From assembly GCA_043823745.1 (NCBI GenBank), contig JBDRAN010000013.1:818-64817 (forward strand): 64,000 nucleotides of DNA. The letters are read 5' to 3'. This stretch comes from Candidatus Omnitrophota bacterium. GTDB lineage: Bacteria; Omnitrophota; Gorgyraeia; Duberdicusellales; 4484-171. Every line of letters begins with the position of its first letter. Positions within the stretch are counted from its first letter, which is position 1. The translations under genes were made by a program, and so were the position numbers. The notes beneath the pieces are model-generated. The model was not told the origin of the DNA. It did no database searches and worked only from the letters and a program-made list of their open reading frames with translations. This document shows, piece by piece, positions 18,051 to 28,742 of this stretch.

Positions 18051-19878
18051 ATGAAAAATAAAGATAAAGCCAAAAAAGGACTTGTTGGAAAACTGCGCAT
18101 CGGCGACGACTGGAACGCCATAACCATCATCGCCCTTTCCCAGAACAATCCCCTTAAGGCCATCGCCGAGTTTGTGGAAAATAGTATTGACGCCACGGCT
18201 AAAACCGTCACGATTATCCGCGGCAAAGAACATAGCCGCCAGTATCTTAAAATTATTGACGATGGCCAGGGTATTCCTTGCGGCGAGGATGGCGCGCCGG
18301 ATTTTAAATACGTGGCTACGCATATATGCGATTCTTTGAAACGTAAACTTAAAGAGCAAGGTGTGCAGGGTATCCAGGGCGAATTCGGCATCGGCCTTTT
18401 AAGTTTTTGGACCGTGGGGCATAAGTTAACTCTTATCTCCAGCGGTAAAGATAACCGGACATATCAAATGGAGATGGAAAAAGGTAAATCAGGATACAAA
18501 ATAAGTCACCGTTATCATTTGGCGCCAATCAAAGGAACTCAATTGACTATTTCACCCTTACTGGAAGGCTTGAGATTGCTCAACGGCGAAAAAAATTCAG
18601 AGGTACTTAGCTTCGGAATTACGCGACAGAATGCGCAACTCCGGCGTAAAAGTTAAAATCATTGACCGGACCGGCAGAGCTGAATATGAGGTTGAACCCC
18701 GGCAGTATGAAGGCCGGCTTATTCACGATTTGCCGGCGATAACCACAGCCTTCGGCGATATATACGCCGAAATTTATCTGGTTGAAAAAAATCCCGAAAA
18801 CAGCATTGGGTTATTTCGTTCCGGAACCCGGGTCAGGCCGGTTATAAGTGAATTGGACGAATTCAATTCTCAGCCGTGGACCTCCGGATATTTTCAAGGC
18901 ATTATTGACGCGCCTTTTTTGCACATTACCCCTGGAACCCGTGACGGCATTATTTATGACGAGCGTTTTGCTCACTTTTGCGATACGTTAAATATTCTTA
19001 AAGAACGATTAACCCTTGTAGCCGATGAGCAGAGTAAGGCTGAGGAAGAACGGGCCAGTCAAAACATTCTGCGGTCGGTTCAGAAAGCTTTTCGGGAAGC
19101 GATCCGGGCTTTACCGCGGGAAGAATATGATTGGTTTGAAATTTATGAAAAAAATAAACGCGCAGGTTCAGTCGGACAGGAATCGATAACCGCCGATAGT
19201 GATAACGCCGGTGCCGCAGTATATAAAGACGAAATAAACGATAAAGCGCTTAGGCCGGATTCGTTTCAGCAAAGACTTTTTGAAACTGCCGGGCCGTTGT
19301 TCTACTGCCGGATTCAGCCGGCTTCTACCATTGTTAGTGTGGGAAAGATTAAAGCTTTTCGCGCGAAGGCTGAAGACCGTTTCCGGCGGCAGGTGGAGGA
19401 TGGGCTTAAATTTACCTGGAATATAATTGAGGGTGTAGGAAGTTTAAACTGCCTGGATTCGGAAATCGTGGAATTCAAGGCTCCGCTTGAACCCGGTTTA
19501 ACCCAGCTCAAACTTATGATAACTCAAGGTCAGATTAGTTGTGAGGCGGAGGCAATAGTAACCGTTGTGGACTCTATATTAGAGCCGGCGCAGTCTGAAA
19601 GCCAATCATCGGCAAAAGGACTACCGGGTTACACCCTGGAAAGCGCTCCCGGGCAGATTTGGCGGTCGCGTTACGACAGTCAGCGCAATATCGTGGTAAT
19701 AAACAGCGGCCACCGTGATTTCGTTTATGCTTCGCGTGAGCGGACGCGAAAACTGCGCTACATCTGCCGTTTATTTGCCAAAGAGCTGGTATTTTTGAAT
19801 TTTCCCGGCGCCTCCAGCGAACAGCTCCTTGAGCGGTTAGTGGAATTATCTTTATATGTGGAAGATAATTTAAAATAA
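18051..19878 (+). pseudogene. GHKL (MORC/HATPase_c) ATPase, frameshifted at an A7 run (or sequence error)
   Basis: EFVENSIDA, DDGQG, GEFGIG; removing one A at 18589-18595 joins both ORFs as NGEKIQRYLASELRDRMRNSG. Confidence 0.75.
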
Positions 19879-19956
19879 AATAAAACTTGTCTATTTTTCT
19901 TGTGGCATTGCCATATTTTCTTGATTTGATAGGAGCGCTTAACCGAAGGAGGTATT

Positions 19957-20640
19957 ATGTCCCGTAAGAAACAATCAAAAGGAAAGTGCGCTTACTGCGG
20001 CATAGAAATAGCTGGAAGCGGCATGTCTAAGCACCTTTTCGCCTGCCGCCGGCGCCAGACAGTTATTAGAGAAGCCGGGGGCAAAAAAGTCCGAAACGAA
20101 ACATTGTATCATCTTCGCGTGCAAGACGCCTGGCGCGGGGAGTTTTGGCTGGATTTGGAGATGCGCGGCTCAAGCACTCTGAAAGATCTTGATGAGTATC
20201 TGCGCGGCATTTGGCTGGAGTGCTGCGGCCATATGAGCCAATTTTCAATTGGGGGCTGGCGAGGGGGAGAAATACCCAAGAGCCGGCGGGCTGAAGATAT
20301 TTTCAATAGAGGGACTCAACTTACGCATATCTATGACTTTGGGACTTCATCCGAAACAGTGATTAAGGTTGCGGGGGTACGTGAAGGTCAACCGGTCACC
20401 GCATATCCTATTGCGCTTATGGCGCGCAATTTGACTCCGGAAGCTAAGTGTGAGGAATGCGGCCGGCCGGCGGCATGGTTATGCGTGGAGTGCCTTATTG
20501 AAGAAGAGAGGCGGGGCACATTGTGCGATGAGCATACCAAGAGTCATCCCCACGACAATTATGGCGAGCCCGTTCCTTTAGTGAATTCACCTAGAATGGG
20601 TATGTGCGGCTATACCGGTCCGGCAGAACCGCCGTATTAA
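19957..20640 (+). CDS. plasmid pRiA4b ORF-3-like Zn-binding protein
   Basis: TLKDLD, WLECCGHMSQF, HIYDFG, NSPRMGMCGY; RBS GGAGG. Confidence 0.75.
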   Translation: MSRKKQSKGKCAYCGIEIAGSGMSKHLFACRRRQTVIREAGGKKVRNETLYHLRVQDAWRGEFWLDLEMRGSSTLKDLDEYLRGIWLECCGHMSQFSIGGWRGGEIPKSRRAEDIFNRGTQLTHIYDFGTSSETVIKVAGVREGQPVTAYPIALMARNLTPEAKCEECGRPAAWLCVECLIEEERRGTLCDEHTKSHPHDNYGEPVPLVNSPRMGMCGYTGPAEPPY

Positions 20641-20662
20641 GAACAAAAACAAAGAGGTAATT

Positions 20663-21739
20663 ATGACGGAGAAAATTGGGAGAAATGATCCTTGTCCCTG
20701 TGGTTCGGGAAAGAAATATAAACGATGCTGCTTGGGAAAAAATGACGTAGTTAATAAACAGAAGAGCGGAATTCCGCTTGGAAGATTATCTATTATGAAT
20801 TACGGAAAAGAGCTGAAAGGTAACCCCGAATTGTTAAAGGCTGTGAGTAGTGAAGCGGACAAAGTTAAGCCTGATAAAAGTTTTACAAAGTTTATAGAGA
20901 ACTTATGGGATAACAAAAAGATGAGCGGGCTAACCACAAAAGAGATAGTGGAGAGATTAAAAGATATGAATGTTTGCTTTGAGGCGAATCTTTTTAAAAA
21001 GCAGGCCGGGCAACATATCTCCGCCATTAGATTAGCGGAAGAACATTATTACACTCAAGATTATAAGGCTCAAGGTCATGAGGAAGATTTTATCTGGTTA
21101 GCAATATGCGCATTATGGAAAAGACTTCTTCCCGGGCGATTTAATATTGAAATGCTCGATGAGTTGATGCAGGAAGGGTATAGAGATATTGATTCACCAC
21201 AAAAGCATAAAGAAGGGGTAGGGAAGTGGCTGAGGGCATGGGCTATCATAGAGGAGATAGTTCCTTCTCGTATTACATCAGCGCTTGCGGCCGATAGGTT
21301 TATGCCGGAACCCTTAACCCAGAGTATCTTTAATTGGTGTCAGGATTTGAAGGTAGAGTTAGAAAATGCAGGGATGAAAGATCGGCATTTTTTAAAGAAA
21401 CGTATTGGATTTTGCCGAGAGTTCTGCCTGCATTTTCCTGATACAGAAGCAAACGTCATATTAAATATGCGTAGAGCCGAAGCGGAATCTTTTGCTTTAC
21501 TGGGAAAAATAGAAAAAGCAGACAGCCTTTTTGCTGTTCTGGTCGAGAGTTTTCCTGATGTAGTCTGGCCCTATATCGGCTGGGGAGACATCCATTGTAG
21601 CAAAAGGTTCCCTGGTCAGATGGATTATGCGAAAGCGGAAGAAATTTATAAAAAGGGCATTGCGCAATGTAAGGATGGTGAAGACATAGAAGTTCTTCAC
21701 GAAAGATTAGAAGAATTAACTGAACAGCGGAAAAAATAA
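20663..21739 (+). CDS. SEC-C motif protein with helical/TPR-like C-terminus
   Basis: KIGRNDPCPCGSGKKYKRCC. Confidence 0.85.
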   Translation: MTEKIGRNDPCPCGSGKKYKRCCLGKNDVVNKQKSGIPLGRLSIMNYGKELKGNPELLKAVSSEADKVKPDKSFTKFIENLWDNKKMSGLTTKEIVERLKDMNVCFEANLFKKQAGQHISAIRLAEEHYYTQDYKAQGHEEDFIWLAICALWKRLLPGRFNIEMLDELMQEGYRDIDSPQKHKEGVGKWLRAWAIIEEIVPSRITSALAADRFMPEPLTQSIFNWCQDLKVELENAGMKDRHFLKKRIGFCREFCLHFPDTEANVILNMRRAEAESFALLGKIEKADSLFAVLVESFPDVVWPYIGWGDIHCSKRFPGQMDYAKAEEIYKKGIAQCKDGEDIEVLHERLEELTEQRKK

Positions 21740-21852
21740 AACTCTGTTCCAATGCGTTCGCCTCGGCGGAGCCTCGAGCGAAGCCGGGCGCCTGCCCGCC
21801 TCATGAGTGGGGGTTTGCCTGCCTGCCGGCAAGGCAGGGAACAAGGTTGAAT
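21740..21852 (+). repeat. family A palindrome with two nested insertions
   Basis: GTTCCAATGCG[insert]GGTTT[GCCTGCCTGCCGGCAAGGCAG]GGAACAAGGTTGAAT. Confidence 0.7.
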
Positions 21853-21867
21853 AGAGGTAAAGGCGAT

Positions 21868-21970
21868 ATGGAAAAAATATTACGCGCATAGTTTAGTGGG
21901 CCGGCCGAAAGAGGAGTGGCAATTGATTGAAGAGTATTTGCGTGCAGGGACAGATATATTGATTAAATAG
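21868..21970 (+). pseudogene. relic 5' end of a type I-C-like cas3
   Basis: With one A removed from the A6 run it reads MEKYYAHSLVGRPKEEWQLIEEYL, the YAHS..EWQ.L.EHL start typical of I-C Cas3 HD. Confidence 0.65.
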
Positions 21971-22103
21971 CTGGATTGACTGAAAAATAAATAAGGGCGG
22001 GTAAAAATGCACAAGAAGAGCCAAAAAACACGATACGAAGACACTAAAATATTTTGAAAAGTAGCTATTTTTATTTATTTTTCGGTTTATGATAAGGAGG
22101 TAT

Positions 22104-22925
22104 ATGTCTAAAAGAGCCATTATCGTTAAAGGAAGTAAGATAACCATAATTACGGCGCACGAAGCCGATTATATTTCATTGACGGACATGGCGAAACGGT
22201 TTGGTGATGATACGATTATCTATAATTGGATTCGTAACAGAAATACTATAGAATTTCTTGGTATTTGGGAACGCATATACAATCCCGATTTTAATCCTGT
22301 CGAATTCGAGAGGTTTAAAAACGAAGCAGGACTTAACCGATTCAGCTTATCGCCTAAGAAATGGGTAGATGCTACTAATGCAATCGGCATTATTTCTAAA
22401 GCCGGCCGTTATGGAGGGGGAACTTTTGCCCATAAGGACATAGCCTTTGAATTTGGTTCTTGGTTAAGCGCGGAGTTCAAATTGTATCTGATAAAGGAAT
22501 TTCAACGCCTAAAAGAAGACGAGCAAAAAAGATTGTCGCTTGAGTGGAACCTTCAGCGTACGCTGGCGAAGATAAATTACCGTATCCACACGGACGCGGT
22601 TAAAGAAAAGCTGTTGCCGCCGGAGCTTTCAAGCAGGCAGATAAACGGGATATATGCTGATGAAGCGGATTTGCTTAATGTCGCGCTTTTTGGCATAACT
22701 GCCAAAGAGTGGCGGGATACTCATCCCGGACAGGAAGGAAATATTCGTGATTACGCCGCCATTGAACAACTGGTCGTTTTATCCAATCTTGAAAGCGTCA
22801 ATGCGGTGCTTATTCATCAAGGGCTTTCTCAGGCACAGAGACTGGGGCAGTTAAACAGGATTGCCATTATGCAGATGAGGTCATTACTTGGGTATAAAGA
22901 AATAAAAAGATTGAAGAATGAGTAA
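22104..22925 (+). CDS. KilA-N domain DNA-binding protein
   Basis: DYISLTDMAK, NWIRNRNTIEFLGIWE, GRYGGGTFAHKDIAFEF. Confidence 0.92.
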   Translation: MSKRAIIVKGSKITIITAHEADYISLTDMAKRFGDDTIIYNWIRNRNTIEFLGIWERIYNPDFNPVEFERFKNEAGLNRFSLSPKKWVDATNAIGIISKAGRYGGGTFAHKDIAFEFGSWLSAEFKLYLIKEFQRLKEDEQKRLSLEWNLQRTLAKINYRIHTDAVKEKLLPPELSSRQINGIYADEADLLNVALFGITAKEWRDTHPGQEGNIRDYAAIEQLVVLSNLESVNAVLIHQGLSQAQRLGQLNRIAIMQMRSLLGYKEIKRLKNE

Positions 22926-22991
22926 ATTTTTTGATAAATAGGAAGAAGAAGGGGTGAGACTGTGACGTTTTGTCACAGGTTGAAAGGGTAT

Positions 22992-23702
22992 ATGATTACA
23001 TTTGGTATTAGGCAATCGTTTCAAAAACGCGAGCAGGTAGAAGAAAGATACGCTAATGTGAAAGTACCCATCGAATTGGCTCTACCTTATTATTGGGATA
23101 TTTACAATCCTGCGCGGGTTTACTTAGGAGAAATAGTGGATAAAGTTAAAAGCTACGGTACGCGTGTGTTAAGTATTCACGCGGTTCAGGCGCCTCTGCA
23201 TGGCGAAGAATTTAGAATATGGGGAAAAGAAACGGCTGACTTTGCGATCGCGCTTGGCGTCAAAGCTATAACAGTGCATCCTAACAATGTAAATAAAAAA
23301 ACAAATGCGCAGGAAACCGCGCTGAAAAATTTAGAGTATTTTGCCGATTTATATAAAAACGAGGTTATTTTTTGCGTGGAAACTTTTGAGGGCAAGCGAA
23401 GGGTATTTACTCCCGAGGAAATAGTCAGATTTAGTTTGCCTATGACCCTTGATGTCGCGCATATCGGGGATGATAAAAAGGTTTGGGATTTGCTGAGAAA
23501 TTATCGAGATAAGATCGTAACCGTGCATCTTTCAGCGCGAAATAGCAGTAGCCAACATCTACCAATCGATGGTTTTTGCAAAGACGTAGTTAGATTTCTC
23601 GCTGGAAACAATTGGCAGGGACAGGTGATACTGGAATATTTACCGGAATTTCACGACAAATTAATACCCGATTTGGAATCGGTGAAAGCAATGCAGGTAT
23701 AA
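22992..23702 (+). CDS. xylose-isomerase-like TIM barrel protein
   Basis: SIHA, TVHP, VET, LDVAH, VHLS, HLP, ILE metal-ligand pattern. Confidence 0.75.
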   Translation: MITFGIRQSFQKREQVEERYANVKVPIELALPYYWDIYNPARVYLGEIVDKVKSYGTRVLSIHAVQAPLHGEEFRIWGKETADFAIALGVKAITVHPNNVNKKTNAQETALKNLEYFADLYKNEVIFCVETFEGKRRVFTPEEIVRFSLPMTLDVAHIGDDKKVWDLLRNYRDKIVTVHLSARNSSSQHLPIDGFCKDVVRFLAGNNWQGQVILEYLPEFHDKLIPDLESVKAMQV

Positions 23703-23710
23703 CTAAAAAA

Positions 23711-23854
23711 ATGAATACTTATTTTAAATATTGGGGCAAAGCCCGAAAGAAAGAAGATGGAAGATGGGATTATCACCTGTTGCCGTATCATTGCTTAGAT
23801 GTGGCGGCGGTTGAAGCGATTGTGTCGAGGTGGTTACAAAATGTAACCACCTGA
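23711..23854 (+). pseudogene. relic 5' end of a type I-E cas3
   Basis: MNTYFKYWGKA...YHLLPYHCLDVAAV then early stop. Confidence 0.8.
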
Positions 23855-24056
23855 AAATGTGGTTTCGTGGGAATAGATAGGAACTATAACAAACTTGTTT
23901 AAAGACGATTTGACGGAGTTTATAAGATTGTAGGAACGGGCAATTGGCTGACGAAATCGTTACAAAATGTAATGCCTTGAAATTTGCGCAAGTTGTGCGA
24001 GAAGCTATTAGTTGGTTGCAAGAATTACTTAAGACGTGCAAGAAGGAATAAAAAAA

Positions 24057-26612
24057 ATGAACGATTATTTTTGGGCGAAAACTACTCAAGAGGGTAGACC
24101 TGGTAAATCAGTATTGTCGCATATGCGTGATGTCCAGGCCGTTGCCAATATATTGCTTAATGGCAAGAAGGGTTTGTTGTCTACGTATGGCCTGAATCGA
24201 GAAATCGTTTCCGCATTTGCTGGTTTGCATGATATCGGGAAAATTTCGCCCTGCTTTCAGTCGAAATGCGAAGAATGGCTGCGGCAAAATAAGCTTGAAA
24301 GTGTTGCGAGAAATAATGCGTGGGATACGCTTGAATCAGACCATGCAAAGATTACCCAGTACACGATTCAGAATATTTTGCAGAAAAATAAAATGACAGC
24401 TGAATCAGCGGAGCTTTGGAGTGCACTTCTAGGCGCTCACCATGGCCGACTTAATAGGCTCGGATCAACACCGCGCGGCTGTAAGCCGGATGATGAGTGG
24501 GAAAATAGGCGTGAGAAGCAAGCGATGGATTTTTTTGGGTCTGTTATCTTGCCGGGTTTGGCGATTGATGATTCATGGCCGCTTGCTTGGTGGCTTGCCG
24601 GGCTTGTTTCGATAGCTGACTGGATTGGATCGAATGAAGATTACTTTTTTCCTGATAAGATTGAAACATCACAGGATGAAAGCAATAGAATAGCTACAGC
24701 CGCGTTTAAGGCAATTGGATTTGATAACATTGAAATACATCAAAACCTTTCTTTTAGCGATATTTTCAAAGATGATGCCGGACAGCCTTTTTACCCTAAT
24801 GATCTTCAGGTTAAAGCAGGCGATAGGATTATCAAGCCAGGGCTTTATGTGATTGAAGCGCCGATGGGCATGGGGAAGACAGAAGCGGCTCTATGGTGTT
24901 CATATAAGCTGATGTGTGAGGAGAAAGCTTCAGGAATTTACTTTGCTTTACCAACTCAGGCAACGAGCAACAGAATACATATACGCATGCAAAAGTTTTT
25001 AGAAAGAATATCAAAAACGACTGTTGAGGCAAAACTTGTACATGCGAATTCCTGGCTTTTGGACAACATTCGAATGCCTCGCTTGCGACCAGCTTCTACT
25101 ATCGATAAGGAGTCAACACAAGACGCTAAAGATTGGTTTGCTTCAAAAAAACGCGCTTTGCTTGCACCTTTTGGTGTAGGTACGGTTGATCAGGCGCTTA
25201 TGAGTATTATCGCAGTTAAGCATTTTTTTGTCCGTCAGTTTGCGCTGGCAGGAAAAGTAATAATTTTAGACGAAGTGCATTCCTATGATTTGTATACAGG
25301 AACGCTTATTAAGACATTATGCGAGAAGTTATTACCGCTGGGGTGTACTATTTTAATCCTTTCGGCAACGCTTACTCGCAAGACAAAAAAAGGATTTATT
25401 GATAGAGCTAATGATTGCGATGATAAGGTGTATCCGCTTATTACCGGCAAGGAATATGGTGAGGAACAACCGTTGTTTGTACCGGTTGAAAAGCCGGAAG
25501 AAAAAAACGTACAAATATATTTTAAAAATGAAGCAAACGCACTTTCAAATGCTATTGAAAAGGCAGTAAGCGGGGCAAGCGTTTTATGGGTATGTGATAC
25601 CGTACAGCGAGCGCAAGAAATGTATCACCATGCTGTTTTGAGTGAAAGCAAGGTGGAATTAGGGCTTATACACGCACGTTTTCCGGTATTTCGTAGACAG
25701 GAGTTAGAAGGCTATTGGATGGAAAAAAAGCTCGGCAAAGATGGTGCTGGCAGAAGCGGCTGTATTCTTTTTAGTACGCAGGTGGTTGAGCAAAGCGTTG
25801 ATCTTGATGCTGATTTTATGGTAAGTGAATTGGCTCCGACGGATATGCTGCTCCAGCGAATGGGCAGATTATGGCGGCATAATCGAACCCAGCGGCCATG
25901 CGAAAGACCAGAATTCTGTATTGTCGCTGAAAATAATCAATTTAATGAATTTAAAAATTTTTCGGCGGATAAGATAAAGAAAATGTTTGGAACAAAAGCC
26001 AAAGTTTATACGCCCTATGTATTGCTGAGAAGTTTTGAGCTTTGGCGTAATAAGGAGTCCGTAAATTTGCCAAATGATATTCATGATTTGCTTGAGCAGA
26101 CGTATATGGTGCGTGATAATGAGCCAGAGGGTTGGCAAAAGCTTTTAGAAGAAATTGAAGGGGAAAATTTTGCGAAAAAAAATTCGGCTGACTTTGAAGC
26201 GAACATGTGGAATCCTTTACTTAATGACGAGGAAGGTATCGCCAAAACCCGCATTAATAATTATTCCGTGACCCAAATGATTTTAATCAAGAAAAAGGAA
26301 GGAACGAAAATTATTCTTTTAAACGGTGAGGTGGCTGAATTGCGTAACGTTGCCGTTTCGTTAGTTGCGGCCCGAGCAATACATCGAAATATAGTTAAAA
26401 TTCCCGCGTATTGTTTTAGCGCGCGAACAGAAAATCAGGATATTTCGGCATTGGTGTGCGGTGATTGGCAATTGGGGATTGTAAAAGATAACGGCAATAT
26501 TAAGAATCAAAATCTAAAAAGTGATTATACGCTTAAATATACGCCGGAAAAAGGCGTTGAGATCATACGTAATAAAACTGAAAGTGAGGTGGACAATGAA
26601 CCTTGTGACTGA
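24057..26612 (+). CDS. cas3: CRISPR helicase-nuclease Cas3
   Basis: WAK, HMRDV, LHDIGK, HHG, ADWIGS, APMGMGKTE, DEVH, QVVEQSVDLD, QRMGRLWRH. Confidence 0.96.
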   Translation: MNDYFWAKTTQEGRPGKSVLSHMRDVQAVANILLNGKKGLLSTYGLNREIVSAFAGLHDIGKISPCFQSKCEEWLRQNKLESVARNNAWDTLESDHAKITQYTIQNILQKNKMTAESAELWSALLGAHHGRLNRLGSTPRGCKPDDEWENRREKQAMDFFGSVILPGLAIDDSWPLAWWLAGLVSIADWIGSNEDYFFPDKIETSQDESNRIATAAFKAIGFDNIEIHQNLSFSDIFKDDAGQPFYPNDLQVKAGDRIIKPGLYVIEAPMGMGKTEAALWCSYKLMCEEKASGIYFALPTQATSNRIHIRMQKFLERISKTTVEAKLVHANSWLLDNIRMPRLRPASTIDKESTQDAKDWFASKKRALLAPFGVGTVDQALMSIIAVKHFFVRQFALAGKVIILDEVHSYDLYTGTLIKTLCEKLLPLGCTILILSATLTRKTKKGFIDRANDCDDKVYPLITGKEYGEEQPLFVPVEKPEEKNVQIYFKNEANALSNAIEKAVSGASVLWVCDTVQRAQEMYHHAVLSESKVELGLIHARFPVFRRQELEGYWMEKKLGKDGAGRSGCILFSTQVVEQSVDLDADFMVSELAPTDMLLQRMGRLWRHNRTQRPCERPEFCIVAENNQFNEFKNFSADKIKKMFGTKAKVYTPYVLLRSFELWRNKESVNLPNDIHDLLEQTYMVRDNEPEGWQKLLEEIEGENFAKKNSADFEANMWNPLLNDEEGIAKTRINNYSVTQMILIKKKEGTKIILLNGEVAELRNVAVSLVAARAIHRNIVKIPAYCFSARTENQDISALVCGDWQLGIVKDNGNIKNQNLKSDYTLKYTPEKGVEIIRNKTESEVDNEPCD

Positions 26613-28221
26613 AAAATGGGTTCCGGTGGTAAGAATGGACGGAAAGCCGGATTTTGCCAGTTTGATGCAGATTTTTGCAGAAGGCGATACATTTGCGGAC
26701 CTTTCGGTTCGGCCGCATGAGCGGGTAGCGCTGATGCGTTTGCTTATCTGCATCGTCCAAGCCGCCCTTGACGGTCCGAAGGGTAAGGATGAGTGGAAAA
26801 CCGCGCCTGACAAATTACCGGCTGCGTCAAAAAAGTATTTAGAGCAATGGAAAGGGTCGTTTGAGTTGTTTGATAAGGATAAACCATTTTTGCAGATTGT
26901 GGGGTTGTCGGTAAAAGAAAAAAGAGCAAAGTCGAACGTCAAAACAAAAATTAAAAATAAGGTCAAGGTAACTGGCAAAGTGGATAGTCCTGATTTGCTG
27001 ACGCCAATTAGCAAATTAGATATTGCATTGGCAACGGGCAATAAGTCAACATTGTTTGATCATTATGCAGGCATAGATAGTGAACGAATTCTTGATGAAA
27101 AGCAAATTGCGATAGGGCTTATTACCTATCAGAATTTTAGTGCGAGTGGAAGAATTGGAATTGTAATATGGGATAGAGTTGAGAGCCCAGGAAAGGGTGC
27201 GAGTTTTCCTGCTCCTGGTATTGATAAGCTAATGTTACATACTTTTTTAAGAGGTAAAAACATATTGCATACTATTGCTTTAAATTTGTTGACCAAGGAC
27301 ATTGCGGCGAGACACTATGGCAAAAGCGATGTGTGGGGACGACCTGTTTGGGAAATGTTTCCTCATGGTTACAGTGATGACGACGCTTTGAATAATGCAA
27401 CAAGAACGTATTTAGGGCGACTCGTTCCGATATCGCGATCAATTAAGATTAGGCGTAAAGAACAGGATATGATTTTGGCTAACGGATTTAAATATCCTTT
27501 ATCGGCAGAGAGTTTCTATGAAACTAGCGCAACAATAAAAATTTCGAGGAATAAAAGAATTATGTTGAAAGTGAGTAGTAACGCAATTTGGCGTGAATTA
27601 TCTGCGATTACGGTGAGAAATATTTCTGATAATAGCGGCGCACGAGGCCCAAGAGCATTGGAAAATTTACCTAATGGAGATTTTGACATATGGTGCGGAG
27701 GAATTGAGTGGAATGTAAATGGTGGATATATAAATTCCGCTGAATCCGTATATACTATCTCATCTAAAATGTTAACAGAAGAAGGACGGCTGCTCTATGA
27801 AGATAGTGTTAGGGATGCTGAGGTATTATCAAAAAAAGTAGGTCGGGCGGTGGAAGAGTATCGAAAAAATATAGATGGTTTTTGGGAAGCACGTGTTGAT
27901 CCTAAAAAAAATAAAGACGCTTTTAAGATTGAGTATGCTCTCCATGCTAAAGTTACCCGTGCCTATTGGACCGCGGTAGAAAAACAGCGGTATTTATTAA
28001 CGGCGTGTGTTGATGCGTTTGGGACAGATGGATTAGAGCCGGCGCGTCAAGTATGGGGAAAGGCCTTGCACAAGGCGGCACGGGATGCGTATACAGTCGC
28101 CTGTGGGCAGGAAACGCCGCGACAAATTCGCGCGTTTGCCTTGGGCTGGAAAAAGCTTTTTGCTGAAAAGAAAGCGGTTGATGTTAATGAAGAACAAAAC
28201 ACAGACGGAGGTGAAGAATGA
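26596..28221 (+). CDS. casA: type I-E large subunit Cas8e/Cse1
   Basis: MNLVTEKWVPV, FELFDKDKPFLQ; position after cas3. Confidence 0.9.
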   Translation: MNLVTEKWVPVVRMDGKPDFASLMQIFAEGDTFADLSVRPHERVALMRLLICIVQAALDGPKGKDEWKTAPDKLPAASKKYLEQWKGSFELFDKDKPFLQIVGLSVKEKRAKSNVKTKIKNKVKVTGKVDSPDLLTPISKLDIALATGNKSTLFDHYAGIDSERILDEKQIAIGLITYQNFSASGRIGIVIWDRVESPGKGASFPAPGIDKLMLHTFLRGKNILHTIALNLLTKDIAARHYGKSDVWGRPVWEMFPHGYSDDDALNNATRTYLGRLVPISRSIKIRRKEQDMILANGFKYPLSAESFYETSATIKISRNKRIMLKVSSNAIWRELSAITVRNISDNSGARGPRALENLPNGDFDIWCGGIEWNVNGGYINSAESVYTISSKMLTEEGRLLYEDSVRDAEVLSKKVGRAVEEYRKNIDGFWEARVDPKKNKDAFKIEYALHAKVTRAYWTAVEKQRYLLTACVDAFGTDGLEPARQVWGKALHKAARDAYTVACGQETPRQIRAFALGWKKLFAEKKAVDVNEEQNTDGGEE

Positions 28222-28742
28222 GCCAAAATACAAAAGGAAGGCTGTTAAAGTTTCTGCGGGAATGCAGTGATCTCGATGACAGGGCAGCTCTTGCTAATTT
28301 GCGATGCGCGCTTAGGGATAAGCTTAAACATCGCGCATGGCCGATTCTTGCCCGCTTTGGGGGCATTGGCGATTATGCAAAAGAATATGACCATCATGCG
28401 AAGGTTGTACAGACCGTTGCAGGCTTGTTTGCGATGCATCCTAAAGGTGATTCTAACGGTGATTTTGGTTTAGCATGCAGAAATCTTATGCGCGATGACG
28501 AAAAGTTATATGACCCTAAGGATGTTGGGCCGGTTGGCAGGAGATTCCAACATTTGCTTTCATCGAAGACTGAGGAGGTCTGCGACCGTGCTATCCGACT
28601 TGCCCTTCGTATGAAAGCGCAGGATGTTCCGGTAAATTATGATGAGCTTTTTGACGGTCTGTTGTTCTGGGGTGATAAAATTAAGGCGAAGTGGGCAGGT
28701 AGCTTCTGGAGCGCTCCGAAGATGGAGGAGGTGGCTGAATGA
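28218..28742 (+). CDS. casB: type I-E small subunit Cas11/Cse2
   Basis: ALANLR, FAMHP, RRFQHLL, VNYDEL, WAGSFW. Confidence 0.9.
   Translation: MSQNTKGRLLKFLRECSDLDDRAALANLRCALRDKLKHRAWPILARFGGIGDYAKEYDHHAKVVQTVAGLFAMHPKGDSNGDFGLACRNLMRDDEKLYDPKDVGPVGRRFQHLLSSKTEEVCDRAIRLALRMKAQDVPVNYDELFDGLLFWGDKIKAKWAGSFWSAPKMEEVAE

Noticed and set aside
15132-23854. Integron cassette array
   Set aside because: No integrase in the window, the palindromes lack consistent RYYYAAC/GTTRRRY ends and do not follow every gene
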